Shown piece after piece: positions 55,570 through 64,000 of a DNA stretch of 64,000 nucleotides (within the stretch, counting starts at the first letter, position 1; each line of letters begins with the position of its first letter). The DNA is taken from contig JBJMOW010000004.1 in the NCBI GenBank assembly GCA_045803545.1, positions 448,001 to 512,000 on the forward strand, in the 5' to 3' direction. The notes beneath the pieces were generated by a model. The model saw only the letters and a program-made list of their open reading frames with translations. It was not told where the DNA came from and did not search any database. A program made the translations under genes and the position numbers. Origin of the DNA: Gemmatimonadaceae bacterium. GTDB lineage: Bacteria > Gemmatimonadota > Gemmatimonadetes > Gemmatimonadales > Gemmatimonadaceae.

Positions 55570-57081
55570 CTAGCTGGCGGCTAACTCAACTCCTTCTGAT
55601 TTGCGCTCTTTGGCCAGCATCTCGGTTTCGTCCATCGAGTCGCAGGCGTCGCAGTTTCTGCAGCGCCATTCGGTCTCGACCTCCTCGCCGAAGTGCTCGA
55701 GGATGTAGCGGGTGCGGCACTGGGTGGTCTGACAGAACTGGATCATCGTGCGGAGCTTTTCCTGATCCATTGCCCGTCGCTCCTCATAATCCTGCAGGTC
55801 GGCGCTCAGATCGACCGCGCAAAGATTGTCGCCGAGCCTCTCCCATTTGCCGCCGCGGTGCTCTCGCACCAGGCCGTGCCGCTTGAGCAACGCGAACACG
55901 ATCTTCGCTTTGCGCGAGGGAATTCCGGTGAGCTCGACGATGTCCTCGAGCAACACCGGGGTCTTGAGAGGATACTTCTCGAGGGCAAGCGCTACCTGCG
56001 CTGCCTCCTGAACTTCCGGGTACTTGCCGCCGAGGAAATAGGATTGAATGCGCTTGTCCTCAACCCGATATAGAACGCGACAGATCGCCGACTCCCCATC
56101 CCGCCCCGCTCGACCGGCTTCCTGATAGTAGGCTTCGATCGACCCCGGGAAATGGTAGTGCATCACCCAGCGCAAATCCTGCTTGTCGATGCCTAGCCCG
56201 AACGCATTCGTAGCGATGATCGCTTTGAGCTCGCCAGCCATGAACCGATCCTGAACATCCTTGCGATCGGCCGCCGGTCTCTTGCCATGATAGAGTCCGA
56301 CGCTGAAATCTTCCTTCAACATGTCATGCAGTCGCTCCGACTCCTTGACCGTCGCGACATATACAACGCCGGATCCATCGAACTCACGCAGCGCGTTACG
56401 CAGAACCGTGTCCTTGATCTGATCATTGACGGTGCGTACGACCTCGAACCGCAGGTTAGGTCTGGCGAATCCGGTGATGGTGATATGCGGGTCGTCCATT
56501 CCCAACTGTCGAATGATGTCGCCCTGCACGTGCTCGGTAGCGGTCGCTGTGAGGGCGAGAATCGGAGGACGGCCGAGTCGTTTGGCGATGGCGCCGAGTG
56601 AGAGGTAGTCGGGGCGGAAATCATGACCCCACTGGCTGACACAGTGGGCTTCGTCGACAACGAAAAGGCTGATTGGGCGGGAGATCAGGTGCTCGAAAAA
56701 CGCGCGATCTTTAAAACGTTCTGGAGTCAGGTAAAGGATCTCGCCCATTCCTTCAGCGATAAGTCGATGCGCCTCGCGGGCCTCTGATGTCGACAAGTGG
56801 GAGTGCATTGCCACCGAGCTGACGCCCTGCGCCGAGAGCTTGTCGTGCTGGTCCTTCATCAAGGCGATCAGCGGGCTCACTACTATGGTGAGTCCGGGGA
56901 GAAGGAGCGCGGGCAACTGGTAAATCATCGACTTGCCGCTGCCGGTCGGCATGACTACCAGTGCATCTTTGCCGGAAAGCACCGCATTCAGCGGTTCCCA
57001 CTGTCCAGGCCGGAAATCGGCGTGGCCAAAGCGTTCCTTGAGCAGCTGTCGGGCTGACTCTTTGGTTACTCGTTTTGACAC
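55570..57081 (-). CDS. RecQ family ATP-dependent DNA helicase
   Basis: MPTGSGKS, VDEAHCVSQWGHDFRP, YYQEAGRAGRDG, Zn site CR...CRNCDAC; GTG start inferred. Confidence 0.92.
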   Translation of the reverse strand: MSKRVTKESARQLLKERFGHADFRPGQWEPLNAVLSGKDALVVMPTGSGKSMIYQLPALLLPGLTIVVSPLIALMKDQHDKLSAQGVSSVAMHSHLSTSEAREAHRLIAEGMGEILYLTPERFKDRAFFEHLISRPISLFVVDEAHCVSQWGHDFRPDYLSLGAIAKRLGRPPILALTATATEHVQGDIIRQLGMDDPHITITGFARPNLRFEVVRTVNDQIKDTVLRNALREFDGSGVVYVATVKESERLHDMLKEDFSVGLYHGKRPAADRKDVQDRFMAGELKAIIATNAFGLGIDKQDLRWVMHYHFPGSIEAYYQEAGRAGRDGESAICRVLYRVEDKRIQSYFLGGKYPEVQEAAQVALALEKYPLKTPVLLEDIVELTGIPSRKAKIVFALLKRHGLVREHRGGKWERLGDNLCAVDLSADLQDYEERRAMDQEKLRTMIQFCQTTQCRTRYILEHFGEEVETEWRCRNCDACDSMDETEMLAKERKSEGVELAAS

Positions 57082-57112
57082 TCTGCCGGATACAGGCACA
57101 AAGTATTCCTTG

Positions 57113-58300
57113 ATGGAGATCTTCGTCGTCACCGCGCCCGGCCTCGAATCAATCGCGGCCGGCGAGGCCAAAGCCCTCAGCGCTCGGGGGAGTCAGGAGC
57201 CGGGCGGCGTCTCGTTCAGCGGCGATCTGCGGCTGCTCTATCTCGCGAACTTACATCTTCGTACCCCGAGCCGCGTCATTGTTCGACTTGGGCGCTTCCA
57301 CGCCAGCACCTTCTACGAGCTGGAGCGACGGGCGAAGAAGATTCCGTGGCAGAATTTCCTGCCTGCCAACGCCACGGTGGATTTGCGGGTCACCTGTCAC
57401 AAATCGCGCCTTTACCACTCTGACGCGGTAGCGGAACGAATTCTATCGGCGATGTCGGCTGGGAGTGGTGAGATTCGCGTGACTGCGGTGGGTAGCGAAG
57501 GCGACGACGATGCAGAAGGTGGAGCGATCAAAGCCGACGCGAACGCCCAACTCTTTGTCGTGCGGATCGTGGACGACGAGTGCGAGATCAGTGCGGACAG
57601 CTCGGGCGCCCTCCTGCATCGGCGAGGGTATCGACAGGAGGTGGCGAAGGCGCCGTTACGCGAGACGCTGGCGGCGGCAATGATTCTCGCGAGTGGTTGG
57701 CGCGTGAGCGACCTGCTGCTCGACCCGATGTGCGGCTCCGGCACCATTCCAATCGAAGCAGCAATGATTGCTCGGCGAATTGCGCCGGGACTGCGGCGGG
57801 ATTTTCAATTCATGCGCTGGCCAAGCTTCGACGCCGGTCTATGGAAGGAGCTCGTCATACGATCGGAGGGCGAGATCAGGAATTCGGAGGCGACGATTCG
57901 GGCAGCTGACCGTGATGCCGGTGCGATCGCAGCGGCGATACGCAACGCCGAGAGGGCTGGCGTGTCGTCAGATATCGAGTTCGCTACCCAACCGCTCAGC
58001 GCTTCGCTGGACACAATCACGGATAATGACCAGGGTCCCGGGTGGATACTTACCAATCCACCGTATGGGATCCGAGTCGGCGAGACCGGTGATCTGCGGA
58101 ATCTTTATGCGGGGCTCGGGTCCGTCACCAAAGAAAGCGGCTGGCGAGTCGGGCTGCTCACCGACGATCCACGTCTGGCTCGGCATGCTGGCGTTCCCTT
58201 GCGTTCCCGCTTCGAAACGCGAAATGGTGGAATCCCAGTGAGCTTCATGGCGAGTGAAAAGGCTGGAAACGTGACGACCAGTCGATCAGATTCCACGTGA
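57113..58300 (+). CDS. THUMP-domain class I SAM-dependent RNA methyltransferase (RlmL-like)
   Basis: ANLHLRT, DSSG.LLHRRGYR, APLRETLAA, DPMCGSGTIPIEA, NPPYG. Confidence 0.9.
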   Translation: MEIFVVTAPGLESIAAGEAKALSARGSQEPGGVSFSGDLRLLYLANLHLRTPSRVIVRLGRFHASTFYELERRAKKIPWQNFLPANATVDLRVTCHKSRLYHSDAVAERILSAMSAGSGEIRVTAVGSEGDDDAEGGAIKADANAQLFVVRIVDDECEISADSSGALLHRRGYRQEVAKAPLRETLAAAMILASGWRVSDLLLDPMCGSGTIPIEAAMIARRIAPGLRRDFQFMRWPSFDAGLWKELVIRSEGEIRNSEATIRAADRDAGAIAAAIRNAERAGVSSDIEFATQPLSASLDTITDNDQGPGWILTNPPYGIRVGETGDLRNLYAGLGSVTKESGWRVGLLTDDPRLARHAGVPLRSRFETRNGGIPVSFMASEKAGNVTTSRSDST

Positions 58301-58830
58301 TGAGCGCACCATCCCCGGCCGCCCACGCCACATCGGCCAGACCGTTAGACACGGGTCGAACAGGAACGATCAGCTCAATTAATCTCTCGCGCGGCGGCGT
58401 TCCCAAGAAGTCTGCTACTGACGCCCAAGTGGCGCGTTCAGGGCTCATTGGTGATGCGCACGATGAGACAATTCACCACGGTGGTCCGGAAAGGGCGATC
58501 TGCATTTATCCGCTGGAGTTGATCGGAAAGCTGCAACGCGAAGGGCATCCGATCGACGTCGGCACCACCGGTGAGAACCTCACCGTGGAAGGAATTGACT
58601 GGGATTTGGTCGTGCCCGGCGCGCGCATTAGGTGTGGGCAGGAGGTCGAGCTCGAGGTTGTCTCCTTTACGAGCCCCTGTAAGACCATCAAAGCCTCGTT
58701 CATCGACGGCCATTTCAAGCGGATTTCACAAAAAGTTAACCCGGGATGGAGCCGGGTTTATGCCCGGGTGCTCATTGAGGGGAAAATCCGCCGTGGCGAC
58801 CGGGTCCAAGTGATTCCCCCGGGCTTCTAA
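58300..58830 (+). CDS. MOSC domain protein (YiiM-like)
   Basis: GGVPK, HHGGPERAI, GENLT, PCKTI, YARVL.EG.I..GD. Confidence 0.88.
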   Translation: MSAPSPAAHATSARPLDTGRTGTISSINLSRGGVPKKSATDAQVARSGLIGDAHDETIHHGGPERAICIYPLELIGKLQREGHPIDVGTTGENLTVEGIDWDLVVPGARIRCGQEVELEVVSFTSPCKTIKASFIDGHFKRISQKVNPGWSRVYARVLIEGKIRRGDRVQVIPPGF

Positions 58831-58961
58831 ACCAACAGCTGCGTCCATCTCAGCAACGGCCCCGCTTTTGAACAATAGAACAGACCCTCCATCGCCGGAT
58901 TGAGCCGGCGGTTAACTAGGGTCCCCGTAAACGGGGAAGCAGACAAATAAAGGAGTTGGTC

Positions 58962-61900
58962 GTGGAGATAGGCGACACCATCGATTTGGAAGAACAGGGC
59001 GAAGAATCGGCCCGATCTTCCCCTAACCGGGCGTCGTCCCGCCGCAAAAACGGAAACGGACGGAACGGCAGGGGACGCCACGGAAAGCGAAACGGAAACG
59101 GCGACGGCAACGGTGCCGGCACTGCGCGCAAAGGTTCGGAGCGCGAAATCGGCCTGGCCACGCCAGGTGGAAATGTCAGAGACCTCGATCTGCGTCGGTT
59201 GCTGAGCGCAATGCGGGATATGAGAGATGGTGATTTCGAGGTCCGTCTCGCCTCCTCCGAAGAACCGTTGATTGCGGAGATCGCCGATGTATTCAACGGC
59301 ATCGCCAAGATGAACGAGCGGCTCTGCCACGAGATGAGTCGCGTCAGCACCACGATTGGCCGCGAAGGACAGATGAACGATCGCGCGTCCATCGGACCCG
59401 TAACAGGCGGTTGGCGCACGACTGTCGATTCAGTCAACACCCTCATCACCGATCTGGCTTCGCCCACGACCGAAGTAGCTCGCGTGTTGAGCGCTGTCGC
59501 AGAAGGAGATTTGAGCCGCAAGATGGTTCTGGAGATCGATGGCAAGCCGGTGCAGGGAGAGTTTCTCCGCATCGGTACGACCGTGAACACCCTCGTCGAT
59601 CAGCTCGGCTCGTTTGCGAACGAAGTGACTCGCGTCGCCCGCGAAGTGGGTACCGAGGGCAAGCTTGGCGGACAGGCTGAAGTCCCGGGCGTCGCCGGAA
59701 CGTGGAAGGATCTGACGGACAACGTAAATACTCTGGCCGGCAATCTGACGAGCCAGGTGCGCAACATTGCAGCAGTCACCACCGCAGTCGCGAAAGGAGA
59801 CCTGTCACAGAAGATCACCGTAGAAGCGAAGGGCGAAACGCAGGCGCTCAAAAACACCATCAACACGATGGTCGATCAGCTCAGCGCGTTTGCTTCTGAA
59901 GTAACCCGTGTAGCGCGCGAAGTCGGCACCGAAGGAAAACTCGGTGGTCAGGCGCAGGTGCCAGGTGTAGCCGGCACCTGGAAGGATCTGACTGACAATG
60001 TGAACGCAATGGCGTCCAACCTTACTGGGCAGATCAGAAACATCGCCGACGTTACGACGGCAGTGGCAAAGGGAGATTTGTCGAGAAAGATCACCGTTGA
60101 CGTCAAGGGCGAGATCCTCGAGCTGAAAAACACCGTGAACACGATGGTGGATCAGCTGAGCGCTTTTGCATCTGAGGTGACCCGCGTCGCGAAAGAAGTC
60201 GGTACCGAAGGGCGACTCGGCGGCCAGGCGGAAGTGCCCGGAGTCGCCGGAACGTGGAAGGATTTGACCGACAACGTGAACGCCATGGCGTCGTCGCTTA
60301 CCGGTCAGATCAGAAACATCGCCGATGTGACGACCGCGGTTGCTCGTGGAGATCTGTCGCGCAAGATCACCGCAGATGCAAAGGGAGAAATTCTCGAGCT
60401 GAAGAACACCATGAACATCATGGTGGATCAGCTAAGCTCGTTCGCATCCGAAGTGACTCGTGTCGCACGCGAGGTGGGCACCGAAGGCAAACTCGGTGGC
60501 CAGGCAGAAGTGCCAGGAGTCGGCGGAACGTGGAAGGACCTTACCGACAACGTCAACACCCTTGCTGGCAATCTTACCAGCCAGGTTCGTAACATCGCCG
60601 CGGTGACTACAGCAGTCGCTCGCGGCGATTTGTCTCAGAAGATCACTGCCGACGCGCGCGGCGAAATTCTCGAGCTGAAGAACACCGTCAACACGATGGT
60701 CGATCAGCTCAGCACCTTCGCATCGGAAGTAACTCGCGTCGCGAAAGAAGTCGGCACCGAAGGAAAGTTGGGTGGGCAAGGAGACGTTCCGGGAGTCGGT
60801 GGTACATGGAAGGATCTCACCGACAACGTGAACGCAATGGCGTCGTCGCTGACCGGCCAGATCAGAAACATCGCCGACGTCACGACGGCGGTAGCTCGCG
60901 GCGACCTGTCGAGGAAAATCACTGCCGAAGCGAAGGGTGAGATCCTCGAGCTGAAGCAGACGATCAACACGATGGTGGATCAGCTGAGTGCATTCGCTTC
61001 CGAAGTAACTCGTGTCGCAAAGGAAGTCGGTACCGAAGGCCGACTGGGCGGACAGGCGGAAGTACCGGGCGTCGCCGGAACGTGGAAGGACCTGACGGAC
61101 AACGTGAACTTCATGGCGTCCAACCTCACGGGTCAGGTGCGTAACATCGCCGACGTGACGACGGCAGTCGCGCGTGGCGATCTGTCCCGCAAGATCACCG
61201 TCGATGTGAAGGGCGAAATTCTCGAGCTGAAGAACACCGTCAACACGATGGTGGATCAGCTCAGCTCCTTCGCATCGGAAGTAACGCGTGTCGCACGCGA
61301 GGTGGGAACCGACGGCAAGCTTGGCGGTCAGGCGAACGTGCCGGGTGTTGGCGGTACGTGGAAGGATTTAACCGACAACGTGAACACTCTCGCCGGAAAT
61401 CTTACCGGCCAGGTTCGTAACATCGCGGCGGTAACGACAGCAGTCGCGCGGGGCGACCTGTCACAGAAGATCACGGTCGAAGCGCGCGGAGAAACGGCGG
61501 AGCTCAAAGACACCATCAACACGATGGTCGATCAGCTGAGTGCGTTCGCTTCCGAAGTAACGCGTGTCGCCAAGGAAGTAGGAACCGAAGGAAAGCTCGG
61601 TGGTCAGGCGAGTGTACCGGGCGTTGCCGGAACGTGGAAGGATCTCACTGACAACGTGAATGCGATGGCTTCGAACCTGACTGGTCAGATTCGTAACATT
61701 GCCGACGTGACGACGGCAGTCGCCAAGGGCGATCTGTCACGCAAGATCACCGTCGACGTCAAAGGAGAGATTCTCGAGCTGAAGCAAACGATCAACACCA
61801 TGGTCGACAGCTTGAGCGTCTTCGCGGGTGAAGTGACTCGAGTTGCGCGCGAGGTAGGAACGGAAGGGCGCCTCGGTGGTCAGGCCAACGTGCCCGGAGT

Positions 61901-64000
61901 CGCGGGCACGTGGAAGGATCTGACCGACAACGTGAACTTCATGGCCTCGAACCTGACGGGCCAGGTGAGAAACATCGCCGACGTCACCACCGCAGTCGCG
62001 AAGGGCGACCTCTCGCGCAAGATGACGGTCGACGTGAAGGGAGAGATCCTCGAGCTGAAGAACACCATCAACACGATGGTCGACCAGCTCAGCACCTTCG
62101 CCTCCGAAGTAACGCGCGTGGCGAAGGAAGTGGGAACGGAAGGCCGACTGGGCGGGCAGGCCAACGTGCCAGGCGTCGCTGGTACGTGGAAGGATCTGAC
62201 CGACAATGTGAACGCGATGGCTTCGTCACTTACCAGTCAGATCAGAAACATTGCGCTTGTCACGACTGCAGTCGCGCGCGGAGATCTGTCGCAGAAGATC
62301 TCCGTCGAAGTACGCGGCGAGATCCTCGAGCTAAAGAACACCGTCAACGCGATGGTGGACTCGCTGCGAGTGTTCGCCGACGAGGTGACTCGCGTGGCGA
62401 AGGAAGTAGGTACGGAAGGCAAGCTGGGCGGTCAGGCAGAGGTGCCGAATGCATCGGGCACCTGGCGCGCGCTCACAGACAACGTGAACGCGATGGCGAA
62501 CAGCCTGACGGTGCAGGTGCGCGCAATCGCCGACGTCGCAACGGCAGTGACACGTGGGGACTTGAGCAGACAGATCGCGGTGGAAGCACAGGGCGAGCTG
62601 GACGCGTTGAAGAACAACCTGAACCAGATGATCGCCAACCTGAAATCGACCACCGAGAAGAACGCCGAGCAGGATTGGCTGAAGACGAACCTGGCCAAGT
62701 TCTCGCGCATGATGCAGGGCCAGAAGGACCTCGAACAGGTTTCGAAACTCATCATGTCCGAGCTCACGCCGCTGGTGTCCGCACATCACGGCGCGTTCTA
62801 CATCATGGACGAGGAGAACGGCAACACACCCGTGCTGAAGCTCGTTGCAAGCTACGCTTACAAGGAGCGCAAGCACGTCGGCAACCGGTTCTACCTCGGC
62901 GAAGGACTCGTCGGGCAGGCTGCGCTGGAGAAGAAGCCAATTCTTCTTACCAATGTGCCGGACGATTATATCCGCATCACATCGGGTCTCGGCGAGGCGC
63001 CGCCGCGCAATGTTCTCGTTCTGCCGGTTCTCTTCGAAGGCGAAGTGAAAGCAGTCATCGAGCTCGCCTCGTTCCTGCCGTTCAGTCAGATCCACCAGCT
63101 GTTCCTCGATCAGCTCGCCGAGACGGTCGGCGTCGTGATCAACATGATCGCGGCGAATATGAGAACGGCGGAATTGCTCGAGCAGTCACAGAGCCTGACT
63201 CTCGAGTTGCAGAGTCAGTCCGAGGAGCTTCGCAAGCAACAGGAAGAGCTCAAGAAATCGAACGCCGAGCTCGAGGCGCAAGCGCAAACTCTGCGTACGT
63301 CAGAGGAGCTACTCAAAGACCAGCAGGAAGAATTGCAGCAGGTCAACGAGGAGCTCGAGGAGAAGGCGTCACTGCTCGCCGAGCAGAATCGCAAGGTCGA
63401 GCAGAAGAACGAGGAAGTAGAAGCAGCGCGTCTCGCGCTCGAAGAGAAGGCGGAGCAGCTGCAACTCAGCTCGAAGTACAAGTCGGAGTTCCTCGCCAAC
63501 ATGTCGCACGAGCTGAGGACGCCGTTGAACAGCCTGCTGATCCTGGCGCGTCTGCTCAGCGAGAACAAGGATGGCAACCTGACTCCGAAGCAGGTGGAGT
63601 TCGCGCAGACCATTCTGTCGTCGGGCAGCGATCTGCTGAATCTGATCAACGACGTGCTCGACTTGTCGAAGGTCGAGGCCGGCAAGATGGATGTGAGTCC
63701 GTCGGACGTCCGTCTCACCGAGGTCAAGGATTTCGTCGAGCGCAGCTTCAATCCGGTGGCGGAGCAGAAGGGCCTCACGTTCCACGTCGAAGTCGGTCCT
63801 GATCTGCCGCAAACGGTCTTTACCGATGGTGCACGACTGCAGCAGGTGCTCAAGAACCTGTTGTCCAATGCGTTCAAGTTCACTCAGGAAGGTGATGTCA
63901 GTCTGACAATGCGTCGCGCCGAGAAAGGCCGTCGCTTCCAGAATCCAACACTCGACTCGGCCGCGGACGTGGTGGCGTTCGCCGTGCAGGACACTGGTAT
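58962..64000 (+). CDS. Giant soluble poly-HAMP / GAF / HisKA / HATPase histidine kinase (probably hybrid), 3' end beyond window
   Basis: SD AAGGAG then GTG 58962; repeats [48 protein letters not shown] near 63483; [20 protein letters not shown] at window edge; absent from ORF track, consistent with no stop in window. Confidence 0.93.
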   Translation, partial: MEIGDTIDLEEQGEESARSSPNRASSRRKNGNGRNGRGRHGKRNGNGDGNGAGTARKGSEREIGLATPGGNVRDLDLRRLLSAMRDMRDGDFEVRLASSEEPLIAEIADVFNGIAKMNERLCHEMSRVSTTIGREGQMNDRASIGPVTGGWRTTVDSVNTLITDLASPTTEVARVLSAVAEGDLSRKMVLEIDGKPVQGEFLRIGTTVNTLVDQLGSFANEVTRVAREVGTEGKLGGQAEVPGVAGTWKDLTDNVNTLAGNLTSQVRNIAAVTTAVAKGDLSQKITVEAKGETQALKNTINTMVDQLSAFASEVTRVAREVGTEGKLGGQAQVPGVAGTWKDLTDNVNAMASNLTGQIRNIADVTTAVAKGDLSRKITVDVKGEILELKNTVNTMVDQLSAFASEVTRVAKEVGTEGRLGGQAEVPGVAGTWKDLTDNVNAMASSLTGQIRNIADVTTAVARGDLSRKITADAKGEILELKNTMNIMVDQLSSFASEVTRVAREVGTEGKLGGQAEVPGVGGTWKDLTDNVNTLAGNLTSQVRNIAAVTTAVARGDLSQKITADARGEILELKNTVNTMVDQLSTFASEVTRVAKEVGTEGKLGGQGDVPGVGGTWKDLTDNVNAMASSLTGQIRNIADVTTAVARGDLSRKITAEAKGEILELKQTINTMVDQLSAFASEVTRVAKEVGTEGRLGGQAEVPGVAGTWKDLTDNVNFMASNLTGQVRNIADVTTAVARGDLSRKITVDVKGEILELKNTVNTMVDQLSSFASEVTRVAREVGTDGKLGGQANVPGVGGTWKDLTDNVNTLAGNLTGQVRNIAAVTTAVARGDLSQKITVEARGETAELKDTINTMVDQLSAFASEVTRVAKEVGTEGKLGGQASVPGVAGTWKDLTDNVNAMASNLTGQIRNIADVTTAVAKGDLSRKITVDVKGEILELKQTINTMVDSLSVFAGEVTRVAREVGTEGRLGGQANVPGVAGTWKDLTDNVNFMASNLTGQVRNIADVTTAVAKGDLSRKMTVDVKGEILELKNTINTMVDQLSTFASEVTRVAKEVGTEGRLGGQANVPGVAGTWKDLTDNVNAMASSLTSQIRNIALVTTAVARGDLSQKISVEVRGEILELKNTVNAMVDSLRVFADEVTRVAKEVGTEGKLGGQAEVPNASGTWRALTDNVNAMANSLTVQVRAIADVATAVTRGDLSRQIAVEAQGELDALKNNLNQMIANLKSTTEKNAEQDWLKTNLAKFSRMMQGQKDLEQVSKLIMSELTPLVSAHHGAFYIMDEENGNTPVLKLVASYAYKERKHVGNRFYLGEGLVGQAALEKKPILLTNVPDDYIRITSGLGEAPPRNVLVLPVLFEGEVKAVIELASFLPFSQIHQLFLDQLAETVGVVINMIAANMRTAELLEQSQSLTLELQSQSEELRKQQEELKKSNAELEAQAQTLRTSEELLKDQQEELQQVNEELEEKASLLAEQNRKVEQKNEEVEAARLALEEKAEQLQLSSKYKSEFLANMSHELRTPLNSLLILARLLSENKDGNLTPKQVEFAQTILSSGSDLLNLINDVLDLSKVEAGKMDVSPSDVRLTEVKDFVERSFNPVAEQKGLTFHVEVGPDLPQTVFTDGARLQQVLKNLLSNAFKFTQEGDVSLTMRRAEKGRRFQNPTLDSAADVVAFAVQDTG
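59590..62640 (+). repeat. Intragenic 276-bp (92-aa) HAMP-unit tandem repeat, about 11 copies
   Basis: Trp codon of W(K/R)(D/A)LTDNVN at 59703, 59979, 60255, 60531, 60807, 61083, 61359, 61635, 61911, 62187, 62463. Confidence 0.95.

Noticed and set aside
58893..58936. Two small hairpins upstream of the poly-HAMP kinase as a riboswitch
   Set aside because: Short GC stems (CGCCGG/CCGGCG, CCCCGT/ACGGGG) with no recognisable aptamer consensus; insufficient evidence
59590..62640. Regular repeats as a CRISPR array or mobile-element repeat
   Set aside because: Period is 276 nt, in frame, with mainly synonymous variation and no unique spacers; these are protein domain repeats
61910..63802. 630-aa plus-strand ORF in the track
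   Set aside because: Alternate-frame shadow of the poly-HAMP kinase; Arg-rich and motif-free, while the real frame has clear HAMP/GAF/HisKA motifs

Overview
A gene-dense, GC-rich bacterial chromosomal segment with about 58 CDS and one tRNA-Cys(GCA). The gene content suggests Gemmatimonadota (inference). I found no mobile element, prophage, CRISPR array, rRNA or recognisable defence system. Main blocks: (1) a BlaI repressor / short M56 (BlaR1-type) protease / DUF5916 outer-membrane protein / twin-domain aspartic protease cluster after the tRNA, with four related ACTA-N6-T(A/C)GT palindromic operators over two sigma70 promoters; (2) a DUF969-DUF979-DUF2891-SSS transport operon; (3) a divergent Nramp with two PRC-barrel genes; (4) an egtB-egtD-egtA-like ergothioneine cluster without egtC/egtE; (5) several DNA-repair, redox and metabolite-repair genes; (6) a giant poly-HAMP histidine kinase (58962 to window end) that the ORF track misses. 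The best candidates for undescribed biology are the BlaI-M56-DUF5916 signalling regulon, an orphan multi-hairpin sRNA with its own terminator (about 32251-32367) behind an ECF-like promoter motif also seen at 9973, and a structured 117-nt element upstream of an fpg/nei gene. All functional calls come from motif recognition by eye; no database searches were run.
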